DNA of 20,000 nucleotides, taken from the IMG/VR virus record IMGVR_UViG_3300028743_000004, one strand, 5' to 3'. Position numbers and translations under genes: made by a program. A model generated the notes under the pieces. It was not told the DNA's origin and did no database searches. It worked only from the letters and a program-made list of their open reading frames with translations. Positions 7,809 to 16,078 of this stretch are shown one piece after another; position 1 is the first letter of the stretch; every line of letters begins with the position of its first letter. The DNA is from an uncultured virus (IMG/VR IMGVR_UViG_3300028743_000004). Its lineage: Duplodnaviria; Heunggongvirae; Uroviricota; Caudoviricetes.

Positions 7809-8548
7809 AGCGAGTTTCCTTGGATTTGTTCGGCGAGAGTGGTGATGCCTTTGCGGGTGACCATGACCTGCTCGACCACCTTGAGGTCTTCCTCGGCGCC
7901 CTTGCCTACCTTGACCAGCTTGTGCTCGAGCAGGCCGGCAGTGAGGCGGGGTTGGTACGCGGACCAGGCCGAGAACGCGGCGCGGCGGTATATCCAGCGG
8001 TTATCGCTGAGCCACTTGAAGAGTTTCAGGGGGCCAATACCAAGCTGCTTGGCGGCAGAGGTAATGCAGATAGAGCCTTCGGTGGCTGATAGGCGCTCAA
8101 GGGCTTGAACCTTCGGGGCCTGCTGCTGGATGACCTGGTGCAGCGAGGCATTTTGCTTGGCTACATCGGCGGCGAGCTGCAGGGCATCGCCAAAGTTGGT
8201 GGGGATTTGAAGCTGACCGACAACCTTCGACTCCAGCTCCTGCCACCGGTCGATCACGCGAGCGCGGTGCTCGTCGCTGTAGCCGGCGATCACAAGATGG
8301 GTATCGCGCTCCGTCAGGTCGTAGACTTCAATTGGCCGCCCGCCAGTCGACTCTCGGCGGCTTTTACGATCTGATCGTAAAAGCCCTTTACTGAAGAGCC
8401 GCTCGATTGTCGCGATGACATCGTTGTGGCGAGCCTCGACCAGATCTGCGATCTCGCGCGAAGACATTGTGTGGCGCGACACCTTTTCAGAATTGCCAAA
8501 AAGTGTCGCGACACTAGGGGTATTGCCAGAGGTAGCTGTCATGCTCAT
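7805..8548 (-). CDS. Phage antirepressor, Rha N-terminal + KilAC C-terminal
   Basis: TMSSREIADLVEARHNDV (Rha) and QQAPKV...GSICITSAAKQLG...LFKWL...VTRKG (KilAC); start reassigned to ATG 8548. Confidence 0.88.
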   Translation of the reverse strand: MSMTATSGNTPSVATLFGNSEKVSRHTMSSREIADLVEARHNDVIATIERLFSKGLLRSDRKSRRESTGGRPIEVYDLTERDTHLVIAGYSDEHRARVIDRWQELESKVVGQLQIPTNFGDALQLAADVAKQNASLHQVIQQQAPKVQALERLSATEGSICITSAAKQLGIGPLKLFKWLSDNRWIYRRAAFSAWSAYQPRLTAGLLEHKLVKVGKGAEEDLKVVEQVMVTRKGITTLAEQIQGNSL

Positions 8549-8551
8549 AAT
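8523..8551 (+). promoter_or_regulatory. Antisense sigma70-type promoter over the antirepressor start
   Basis: TTGCCA (8523-8528), 17 nt, CATAAT (8546-8551). Confidence 0.55.
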
Positions 8552-8580
8552 GCCCCCACAAGTTTTATTGCTGTTGAAAG

Positions 8581-8606
8581 AGCCGGGTTGCAGCCCGGCT
8601 TTTTTA
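8581..8606 (+). terminator. Intrinsic terminator
   Basis: AGCCGGG-TTGCAG-CCCGGCT followed by a T run. Confidence 0.7.
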
Positions 8607-8693
8607 TGCCTGCGATTTACAAGCACTACTAAGGTCTGAACCTCGCTGGTACGCTGCTGAGTTCTTACGCAAAGCAATTACCAGGAGATTCAG

Positions 8694-9014
8694 ATGGAAC
8701 GGATGGGGATCAGCGCCGTTGGCATGCTGTGGTTCAGTAGCGCAGGCCAGTACAAGGACTTCCTTGCTATTTTCGAAGACGCCGAAGTTATGCCGAGCAC
8801 CTTTTCCAAGTGGCAGCAGCGCGCGATGCAGATGCACGACAACATCATCAATACCGGTGGCGTCATCATCAAAGCGTATGCAAGCCCTGAAGAATTCAAG
8901 GCCTGGTGCGCCACGCACAATCATGGGCTCGATGCCAAGGGTCGCATGGCATTCGCAAGCTTCCAGGCAGCCCAAAAGATCAATCAGACTCACCCCGCTC
9001 GCAAAAACCAGTGA
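8694..9014 (+). CDS. Hypothetical protein, moron-like (antisense to the early operon)
   Basis: 106 aa, CAGGAG RBS, own terminator at 9076-9099. Confidence 0.7.
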   Translation: MERMGISAVGMLWFSSAGQYKDFLAIFEDAEVMPSTFSKWQQRAMQMHDNIINTGGVIIKAYASPEEFKAWCATHNHGLDAKGRMAFASFQAAQKINQTHPARKNQ

Positions 9015-9075
9015 TCCTTCACGCTGCAGTTCAATTCGAGTCATTTGGGTCTGCCCTTCCGTTGTCGTAGTAATT

Positions 9076-9099
9076 GCCGGTCTAGCCACCGGCTTTTTT
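9076..9099 (+). terminator. Intrinsic terminator
   Basis: GCCGGT-CTAGCC-ACCGGC followed by TTTTTT. Confidence 0.7.
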
Positions 9100-9118
9100 G
9101 AGCCTGAAATTCAGTGCT

Positions 9119-9316
9119 TCAATCTTTCCTGCGGAACGCTTGAATCGTTCCCCTCATCGGCTTCGGTCTTGTTCTTGTTGCGATAACTTGCTGAATGCCT
9201 TCTTTTATGAGCTGCGGAACAGTTATTTGCCTCTCTTCCGCCAGCCCCCTCAAAAACTCCAAATCATCGCCATCGACCAATTCGCCAACGGTCATTCCTT
9301 CTTGGTTGCTGCTCAT
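9119..9316 (-). CDS. Small putative ribbon-helix-helix protein
   Basis: GGAGG RBS before ATG 9316; LRGLAEERQITVPQLIKEGI resembles RHH helices. Confidence 0.55.
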   Translation of the reverse strand: MSSNQEGMTVGELVDGDDLEFLRGLAEERQITVPQLIKEGIQQVIATRTRPKPMRGTIQAFRRKD

Positions 9317-9345
9317 AGGGCCTCCGGAGGGACTCAAGAGGGACT

Positions 9346-9543
9346 TCAGGCCACACGGCTGTTTCGCTTAAGCTCTTCCCTCATCCCGTCGATCCATGAT
9401 TCAAGAGCTTCACGGGCCAGCACTGCCTTTCTGGTTCGATGAACCTTGGCCAGGCTGACAAGCGCAGCTTCGTACTCGTCATCCAGACGGACCTTTGTCT
9501 CGTTTTCGTGCTTGTAGCTGGGTTGATCTGAGTCATATGCCAT
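9346..9543 (-). CDS. Small putative ribbon-helix-helix regulator (cII position)
   Basis: AAGGAG RBS; TKVRLDD...LVSLAKVHRTRKAVLAREAL strand-helix-helix pattern. Confidence 0.65.
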   Translation of the reverse strand: MAYDSDQPSYKHENETKVRLDDEYEAALVSLAKVHRTRKAVLAREALESWIDGMREELKRNSRVA

Positions 9544-9572
9544 TGGTTAGGCTCCTTGGTTGTTCGAAAGGG

Positions 9573-9821
9573 TTAAGCGGCAGAAAGTGATTGGCAGGAA
9601 GCAGACGTGATCTGCCCCCACGGAAACGATGGGCAAAGGTCGGTACGATTCACGGCGCCCTGAGTCAGCGCTTCGATTTGAACGGCGCGCTTGGCGGGTA
9701 CCGGACGCTCGCCGGAGCACCATTGGTTAACGGTGGGGGCGGTGACCTGCAGCAGGCGCGCCATTTCCACCTGGCTGCCCAGCAAGCGAGATGCTTTTTT
9801 GGCTGCTTCTGCTGATTTCAT
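9573..9821 (-). CDS. cro: Cro/YdaS-like HTH regulator
   Basis: GSQVEMARLLQVTAPTVNQW...IEALTQGAV...DLCP; divergent from cI; AGGAG RBS. Confidence 0.88.
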   Translation of the reverse strand: MKSAEAAKKASRLLGSQVEMARLLQVTAPTVNQWCSGERPVPAKRAVQIEALTQGAVNRTDLCPSFPWGQITSASCQSLSAA

Positions 9822-9850
9822 GAGTTCTCTCCTGGAGATTTGAAGTGAAT

Positions 9851-9925
9851 ATAAGGCATTACCTTATCACAGACAAGCCATTGCCTAACCAGCAGCGCAA
9901 TAGGCTTAATTAGGCAATGCTTACC
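9851..9925. promoter_or_regulatory. OR operators (three 17-bp pseudo-palindromes)
   Basis: ATAAGGCATTACCTTAT (9851-9867), ACAAGCCATTGCCTAAC (9873-9889), ATTAGGCAATGCTTACC (9909-9925); the same motif recurs at OL. Confidence 0.75.
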
Positions 9926-10777
9926 GGACCAGAATTAGGCGCAGCCATCGAGGCCGCGCGGATCGCCAAGGGCGTATCGAAAAAGAACCTCGCAGACGAC
10001 TTCTCCGTGAAGCCTCCGTCGATACAGGGGTGGGTGAAAAACGGCAGAATCGATAAGTCGAAGCTAATGGACGTTATCTCCTACTTCTCCGACGTCGTCG
10101 GCCCTGAGCACTGGGGGCTGCGGCCTGGGTTCTCTTACGAGAACCTTGCGGATAGCCCTGATGATGATCCTGGCGCTGACAGGAATAGCGCGCACAAGAA
10201 AGCATCAACGGCTTCGGACATAGTCCGGCAGATGCTCGCTATAAAAGGGAAAAGCCTCTCGGATAGCGCCCGCGCAAGTCTTCTTGCTGCTGCGGAGCAA
10301 AGCGATTCGGGCAACGTTATCACCGTCGACTTCTCGCGCCCCGGCCAGGTAGGCGATGAGGTGTGGATCGCGCACTACGATATCCGTGGCGCCATGGGTG
10401 GCGGCGAGGTGACTCACGACTACCCCGAAATGCTTCAGGATATCCGCGTGAGCCCGTCGCATCTTCGGTCAATGGGTGTCGAGTTCGTCGAGCACTACCA
10501 CCTGAAGATGGTAACCGGATGGGGCCAGTCGATGGCTCCGACGATCAAGCACAGGGACCCTCTTCTGGTTGACATCAGCATTCGAGAATTCGTGGGCGAC
10601 GGGATATACCTCTTTTCCTATCAGGGCTTCGAGTACATCAAGCGCTTGCAAAGGAAGGGCAAGGACAAATTCAAAATGGTGTCCGACAACACTAATCATC
10701 CGCCCGAGGATATCTGGGTCGATGAGGTCTTCATTCAGGCGCGCGTGCTGCTCGTCTGGAATGCCAATCTGGTGTAA
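9917..10777 (+). CDS. cI: CI-like repressor (HTH + S24 peptidase)
   Basis: N-terminal HTH; GAMGGG cleavage-region motif, GQSMAPTI (Ser) and YIKRLQ (Lys) catalytic motifs. Confidence 0.93.
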   Translation: MLTGPELGAAIEAARIAKGVSKKNLADDFSVKPPSIQGWVKNGRIDKSKLMDVISYFSDVVGPEHWGLRPGFSYENLADSPDDDPGADRNSAHKKASTASDIVRQMLAIKGKSLSDSARASLLAAAEQSDSGNVITVDFSRPGQVGDEVWIAHYDIRGAMGGGEVTHDYPEMLQDIRVSPSHLRSMGVEFVEHYHLKMVTGWGQSMAPTIKHRDPLLVDISIREFVGDGIYLFSYQGFEYIKRLQRKGKDKFKMVSDNTNHPPEDIWVDEVFIQARVLLVWNANLV

Positions 10778-10781
10778 TGCC

Positions 10782-11009
10782 ATGCCCCTCACCAAGCCCA
10801 ACCAGCAGCTACGCCGCGACCTCAAGGCCATCGCCTTCAACCTTGAGCAGTCCTGTATCGACCTGGGAAAGCTGGCGGAAAAACTCAGCGATGCCGATGC
10901 CATAGCCCTAATGGGGTTGGTGGGCACGCTCTATGAGGAAGCCGACAGGTTGGTGGGTTATGCCGAGGAAGTGAAGAATGGCGCGATAACTAGGCTCGGT
11001 GCCGAATGA
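10782..11009 (+). CDS. Hypothetical helical protein downstream of cI
   Basis: ATG 4 nt after the cI stop; 75 aa, MPLTKPNQQLRRDL... Confidence 0.6.
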   Translation: MPLTKPNQQLRRDLKAIAFNLEQSCIDLGKLAEKLSDADAIALMGLVGTLYEEADRLVGYAEEVKNGAITRLGAE

Positions 11010-12795
11010 TTTAGCTTCGGTAGATAAAAATCTTATCTACCTTATATTTATGAAGAAAACCAAGGTCACGAGAATGCCAGCAGGGAACGCTATTTCAAGT
11101 TCTTCTATAGAAAGCAATCTTCTCCCCACAGGGGAGTCGAGGAAGGATTTAGGTTATGTAGAAAACAAAGACGTGCCTATATACTCAATTGCTGGAATTG
11201 ATATTGAGCGTTTTCGGTCATTCTACAACCAGCAAATAAAACTTGGCTCTCGCATCACTGTCTTGTCAGGGCGAAACGGCACAATGAAAACCTCATTGAT
11301 GGGTCTAATAGCGCACCCTTTCACTAGTGTAGCAATAGACGCTTTTGAGAAACCATTGAAGACCGCATTACGCGAAGTGTTCAAGCTATCTCCAGCTTTC
11401 GATATTGATGACTACAACTACAATCTCATAATAGAATCAGAGAACAACAAGCACATCCGAGAGCCAGTAAGAATATACTGGGTTGGCGACAAAACCAACC
11501 GTCATCGTGTCGTAGTCTCCGGCTCCGAAAAGGGAGATGGAAACCTTACCTATAACACTTCATTTCTAAATCTCAAAAGACTCTATCCCTTAGTAGATGC
11601 CAACGCAAAACTCGACACTAACAACACTTACGCACTAAGCGCCCAAGAAGCCATCGAACTAAAAGATTTCTACGAGACAATATTTCCAAGCTCACATTAC
11701 TCTGAATTTACCGGCGTATATAAGCCGAACTACAAAACAACCTTCGCCCCTAGTGGTAGCGACATTAAATATGACTGGCATACGATATCATCTGGAGAAG
11801 ATAACCTAGGCGCTATTTTCAACAGGCTCCTAGGTTTTCAGCGAGCATTTCAGAAAAAACAAGTTACTGGGAACGGAGTACTGTGCATTGATGAATTTGA
11901 GAGTAGCCTTCACCCCGTTGCGCAGACGAGACTCTTCACTTATCTCCTCAAGTGGGCATCTAAATACAAAGTGCAAATTGTAATATCAACACACTCCTTA
12001 AGTTTAATATCAAACATATATAACCTCCATAAAAACGATATGGAGCATGGCCGCATCTCAGTAAATTTTGTAAGTAAAGCTTTGGCCAATAACGGCAGCT
12101 TACCTATTTTGCACAACCCTAGCTTCGCTTTAGCGTATAAAGAACTTACTCTAGAAGACCCCCAAGAGGCAGCGGAAGCACGAAGAATTAAGGTATTGTG
12201 CGAGGATGATATAGCGGTACATTTTGCAAAAAAAATAATCTCGTCACGAAAAATACTAAGCCTCATAGAGTTTCATACATCTTTAGATTCTAAAAATATT
12301 ACCCCAGGAATGAGTTATACCGAGTTAAAGCCGTTAGCTAACACATGTGCAAGATTTCCGGTACTGCTCGATGGATGCCTAGTATTACTTGATGCCGACG
12401 TCCCGAAAAACTTCACAGACAAAATAAAAAATAAGAATTTATTCCTTATTCTTCCAGACCCAAACAAGATCGCCATTGAGCGAAGAATCATAGTTTGGAT
12501 TAGCTCACTGGACAATGGCGACGCCTTTTTCAAGCGCTTCGGAGAGCGCGAAAGGTTTTTAGACAGCTTCAAACAATGCGGCTTGGAATCCTTAACAATC
12601 TCAGATATACTATGTGAGAACAAGGTGTCAATTAGTAGCTGCAAGACTTGGGCAAATAGCAATACTCCTAAGTTTAAAGAGTACATTACTTATTATTGCA
12701 AAACCCTTAATCAGCGAGAACTCTTTGTACAAGACTTCTTGAATGCAATTAATAAAATAAACTCCAAACTAGGCCTGCCAGCAGTACGGATATAA
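10999..12795 (+). CDS. ABC-type (AAA_15/AAA_21, OLD-like) ATPase with TOPRIM-like C-terminal domain
   Basis: Walker A GRNGTMKT, signature ISSGE, Walker B/D-loop LCIDEFESSLHP, H-loop STHS, then VLCED...LLDAD. True start may be ATG 11050 or 11074. Visibly AT-rich. Confidence 0.8.
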   Translation: MPNDLASVDKNLIYLIFMKKTKVTRMPAGNAISSSSIESNLLPTGESRKDLGYVENKDVPIYSIAGIDIERFRSFYNQQIKLGSRITVLSGRNGTMKTSLMGLIAHPFTSVAIDAFEKPLKTALREVFKLSPAFDIDDYNYNLIIESENNKHIREPVRIYWVGDKTNRHRVVVSGSEKGDGNLTYNTSFLNLKRLYPLVDANAKLDTNNTYALSAQEAIELKDFYETIFPSSHYSEFTGVYKPNYKTTFAPSGSDIKYDWHTISSGEDNLGAIFNRLLGFQRAFQKKQVTGNGVLCIDEFESSLHPVAQTRLFTYLLKWASKYKVQIVISTHSLSLISNIYNLHKNDMEHGRISVNFVSKALANNGSLPILHNPSFALAYKELTLEDPQEAAEARRIKVLCEDDIAVHFAKKIISSRKILSLIEFHTSLDSKNITPGMSYTELKPLANTCARFPVLLDGCLVLLDADVPKNFTDKIKNKNLFLILPDPNKIAIERRIIVWISSLDNGDAFFKRFGERERFLDSFKQCGLESLTISDILCENKVSISSCKTWANSNTPKFKEYITYYCKTLNQRELFVQDFLNAINKINSKLGLPAVRI

Positions 12796-12815
12796 ACTCA
12801 ACAACGGGGACTCAG

Positions 12816-13694
12816 ATGTATTCAAATAAGCTTTACTCCCCGCTAAGGTACCCTGGCGGCAAAGCTCGCTTCGCACCGTTCATATCGGAGGTTATGCGCG
12901 CAAATGGTTTGGGCGGAGGGCACTATTTAGAGCCTTTTGCTGGAGGTGCGGGAGTAGCCCTTGAGCTGCTGTTTGATGCGCACGCCACGCATATTCATAT
13001 TAATGATCTCGATCCTGCTGTATACGCATTTTGGTCAGCTGCGACTACCGATCCGGAAGGAATCCTAAAGCTCCTCTGGGATACCCCCATCACTATGGAG
13101 CAATGGCATCATTGGCGCTCTGTGATGCTAGTCCAAGACCCTGATCTCTCCCTTGCGGAGAGAGGCTTCGCTACGCTTTTTGTGAATCGCACGAACCGAT
13201 CCGGAATCCTCAAGGGTGGAGTCATTGGTGGGAAGGCTCAGACTGGAGCCTATAAGCTTGATGCCCGTTTCAGTAAAGAGATGATTGCCTCCAGGCTTGA
13301 GCGAATCGCGCTGAACGCAAGTCGCATTTCGGTATATTGCGAGGATGCTTTTGTTTTGCTCAATCGTGCGGCAGAGTTTCTGCCCGAACAATCGCTAATC
13401 TACCTCGATCCGCCCTACTATGTTAAAGGCCGTGGCTTGTATCGAAACTTCTACAAGCATGATGATCATCTGCAAATTGCTCAATTGCTGCAGTCGCCTG
13501 GTTTCGATCGGCCATGGGTAGTCTCATACGATAGCGCGCCAGAAATCTGTGAGATGTACAGCCAGAACGAAGCGCTGACTTATGGGCTTCACTACACCGC
13601 CCAAGCGAGATATGTAGGCGACGAGGTTATGTTTTTCAAAGAAGGTATCTCCGTGCCTGATGCGAAAATCCCTCGAGCTACTGTAGCGGCCTGA
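12816..13694 (+). CDS. DNA adenine methyltransferase (Dam/D12 class)
   Basis: SPLRYPGGK, EPFAGGAG (SAM binding), NDLD and YLDPPY (catalytic) motifs. Confidence 0.92.
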   Translation: MYSNKLYSPLRYPGGKARFAPFISEVMRANGLGGGHYLEPFAGGAGVALELLFDAHATHIHINDLDPAVYAFWSAATTDPEGILKLLWDTPITMEQWHHWRSVMLVQDPDLSLAERGFATLFVNRTNRSGILKGGVIGGKAQTGAYKLDARFSKEMIASRLERIALNASRISVYCEDAFVLLNRAAEFLPEQSLIYLDPPYYVKGRGLYRNFYKHDDHLQIAQLLQSPGFDRPWVVSYDSAPEICEMYSQNEALTYGLHYTAQARYVGDEVMFFKEGISVPDAKIPRATVAA

Positions 13695-13726
13695 CAAGAA
13701 GCCCGGCCCAGCGCCGGGCTTCTTGT
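13694..13726 (+). terminator. Terminator ending the cI-ATPase-MTase block
   Basis: Perfect 14-bp inverted repeat ACAAGAAGCCCGGC / GCCGGGCTTCTTGT. Confidence 0.75.
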
Positions 13727-13985
13727 ATCTGCTCTCCCTGCATCGCCCCCTTCCCCTCGCAGGCATTGACCTGCGCATGACCCAACGTCCTGCTGTTTTT
13801 TGATCGACCTGCTGCCCGCCATTGAGCGTGCGTTCCGCTTTAGCAACATCCTTTTCACCTGGCATTTACAGGGCAGAGCGCAAAGTCACCCTACTCATTT
13901 TAAGAATTCCCTTTAGGCCCGCACATAAACGGGCCATTTTTTTGCCCGCTGCTACGCTTTCCATGCCCTCTATGGAGACAGAGCA

Positions 13986-14204
13986 ATGCCCTCCCACGAA
14001 TACTCCCTCACCGATACCCTGGAACGAATCTACGAGAACCAGCTTGCCCTTGAGGCTGCGCTGATGGAGTTGACGTTGCTCGTCGAAAGCCAAGGCCATA
14101 CGGATGCAGGCCAGAACGTCCGAGGCGCCCTTGAGGCGATTGGGGAGAACGCAGGGCATATCAAGCAGGGCCTGGCCAGGCTGAAGGCCCAGGGGCCGGA
14201 TTGA
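13986..14204 (+). CDS. Hypothetical protein
   Basis: 72 aa helical ORF, GGAG RBS, followed by a terminator. Confidence 0.65.
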   Translation: MPSHEYSLTDTLERIYENQLALEAALMELTLLVESQGHTDAGQNVRGALEAIGENAGHIKQGLARLKAQGPD

Positions 14205-14227
14205 CGTCACGCCCAACCTGAATCCGT

Positions 14228-14252
14228 AGCCCGCCACAGAGCGGGCTTTTTG
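14228..14252 (+). terminator. Terminator between convergent genes
   Basis: AGCCCGC-CACAGA-GCGGGCT followed by a T run. Confidence 0.65.
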
Positions 14253-14258
14253 CGTCTG

Positions 14259-14567
14259 TCAGAAAGGCGCTGGCTCCTCCTCTACCGCCTCGGACACCTC
14301 AACCGAGCGCTCATCATCCGCGCTTGCCTCCCACCTTAGCGTCACCGTCTCTTCGTCGTTGAAAGTGATGTCGATGCCGTCCGTCTCCGATAGCAATCCC
14401 ATCACCTCCTCCCACTCAAGATCGCCATCCGTATCCAGGCGATGAATCTTCACCCAGCGCTGCGCCTGCGCCACCGGGTGATTGATCATGGAAGATACGC
14501 GCAACCCCAGGCGCTCTACTCCGCTCATTTCCTGGCGCCCCGCCGACACCACCTGCCTCTTTGCCAT
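14259..14567 (-). CDS. DUF1654-like protein
   Basis: ERLGLRVSSMINHPVAQ.QRWV.IHRLDTD...W pattern of a Pseudomonas prophage family; GAGGGG RBS. Confidence 0.7.
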   Translation of the reverse strand: MAKRQVVSAGRQEMSGVERLGLRVSSMINHPVAQAQRWVKIHRLDTDGDLEWEEVMGLLSETDGIDITFNDEETVTLRWEASADDERSVEVSEAVEEEPAPF

Positions 14568-14590
14568 GCAAATCCCCTCACCTTGAAGTG

Positions 14591-14606
14591 CTGTATATCC
14601 ATACAG
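14591..14606. promoter_or_regulatory. LexA (SOS) box
   Basis: CTGTATATCCATACAG fits CTGT-N8-ACAG, 23 nt upstream of the DUF1654-like start. Confidence 0.8.
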
Positions 14607-14689
14607 GTCAGGCAGAGCTTATATCAGCCCTGCTGAGAATGTCACCACCAGAAACCGAAAAAACTAAGCGGGGATATTTTCTGAAAATA

Positions 14690-14734
14690 ATTAGGCATTA
14701 CCTATTTACAGATGATTAGGCATTAGCTTATTGT
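14690..14734 (+). promoter_or_regulatory. pL promoter with two OL operators
   Basis: ATTAGGCATTACCTATT (14690-14706) and ATTAGGCATTAGCTTAT (14715-14731) overlap TTTACA (14705-14710), 18 nt, TATTGT (14729-14734). Confidence 0.75.
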
Positions 14735-14785
14735 TACCCCATCGAGTCACCCAACAGGGACTCGCCTGGGCCTCACAGCCTGACC

Positions 14786-14797
14786 CGCTCTTTAACA
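14786..14797 (+). promoter_or_regulatory. boxA antitermination element (nutL-like)
   Basis: CGCTCTTTAACA, the consensus boxA, about 50 nt after pL. Confidence 0.75.
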
Positions 14798-15056
14798 GTC
14801 AGCGCAACACAGAAACACCAACAGACCGCATTGCCTCTACCGGCGACCGGCGAGCAGACAGGCCCGAAAGCCTGCCAACGACAGGAACAACCTGGACGGC
14901 TGCTCGATGGTGAAACGCCAGAACCGTGTATGCCCAGTAGGCACGAATGACCCGGCAAGCAATGCGCCCCGCCCCTTCCGGCGGCAGTAGGAGGGAAGCA
15001 TCACTTCTGCACCTTGGCGACAGGGTGCAGCGGGATGACAACCAGGAGATAAAGAA

Positions 15057-15263
15057 GTGGCTCAGTTCAATATTGATGCTCATCTGAGCGACGGTAAGCA
15101 GCTGGAATGGCTCGCGCTTGCAGATGCTGGTGAGCGTCCCGACGCAGTGCTTCAGCAGGTGAAGACGGCAGCGATTGGCAAGTTTGGCGCAGCGGTGTCT
15201 TCTAAACGCTGGGGCTTATCGCAAAAGTGCGACGGATACATTGTCGTGATCATGCATGCCTGA
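15057..15263 (+). CDS. Hypothetical protein
   Basis: 68 aa, GTG start behind AGGAG; first ORF after the pL leader. Confidence 0.55.
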   Translation: MAQFNIDAHLSDGKQLEWLALADAGERPDAVLQQVKTAAIGKFGAAVSSKRWGLSQKCDGYIVVIMHA

Positions 15264-15588
15264 ACAACCAGCGCCACGACAGCATGTCGTTAACTGCCCG
15301 AGACCCTGGTACTCCCCAGCACCAGGCCGCATCGGAATGTGATCTGTTTGCCCCGCAATGGGTGGGCCCAGCAATGGGAAGCCGGAGCGGAGGAATATGG
15401 GAGGCGCAAGCCAGTAAGCCGGGCAGCCCAGACCGGACAACAGATCACACCCCGATGCGGACGAACACCCGGCGCGCGCCGGCCACCTGCATTTCAACGC
15501 ACCCAGAACGGAGGATTGGCAGCCATGTAAACCACAGCGCACCCAAGACGACCTTGCGGCGACGTATGGGGGCATATGTCACGCAGCG

Positions 15589-15618
15589 AAAAGCCCGGTT
15601 CCGATCGGGCTTTTTTTC
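15589..15618 (+). terminator. tL-like intrinsic terminator
   Basis: AAAAGCCCGG-TTCCGA-TCGGGCTTTTTTT. Confidence 0.7.
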
Positions 15619-15718
15619 GCCTCGCCTTTATCCGTCAGCACCCTCCCCTGGGCCAACCGGCACAGACCAGGCGGTCAGGTTGCTGACGAATAAACGCAAC
15701 CCACCATAAGGAATCGTG

Positions 15719-16078
15719 ATGAACCAAACCATTCGCCAAAAACAAGCGGTCCTGCAGGCGTTGCGGGATCGGTTTGCACTGTCCACCTCGGAGATGTACG
15801 TGATGATCGGTCGCGAAGAACCAGTGAAGGTGCCGCGCTTCAACGTGGTGCCGCTCGGCAAGAACCTGTTCGATGTGGTCGAGCGCTCAAGCGGCGTATC
15901 CCGCGGAGAACGCACCGGCCACGACGGCGCGTGCCAATACGCTGATCAGCTCGAGCGCAACGCCGACTTCTTCGATGCGGCGAAGTCCACGTCGAAGCGT
16001 TTCGGGTGGCGCATGGCGCGCTGGACGCTTGGCTTCTCCGCAATGCTAGTGGTGTTCGCCTACTACGGTGCGCAGTAA
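15719..16078 (+). CDS. Hypothetical protein with C-terminal TM segment
   Basis: TAAGGA RBS; hydrophobic end WTLGFSAMLVVFAYYG. Confidence 0.7.
   Translation: MNQTIRQKQAVLQALRDRFALSTSEMYVMIGREEPVKVPRFNVVPLGKNLFDVVERSSGVSRGERTGHDGACQYADQLERNADFFDAAKSTSKRFGWRMARWTLGFSAMLVVFAYYGAQ

Noticed and set aside
8604..9089. 161-aa minus-strand ORF
   Set aside because: Overlaps the plus-strand gene that has a better RBS and its own terminator; probably a shadow, though an ATG at 9044 with a weak RBS is not fully excluded.
10999..12795. Naming the ATPase as Gabija, PARIS, Septu or retron-associated
   Set aside because: The partner genes (UvrD helicase, AriB, HNH, RT) are absent; the neighbour is a methyltransferase.
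15216..15709. ORFs 15216-15575, 15227-15709, 15339-15530
   Set aside because: No clear RBS or motifs, and one spans a terminator; the region is left unassigned.
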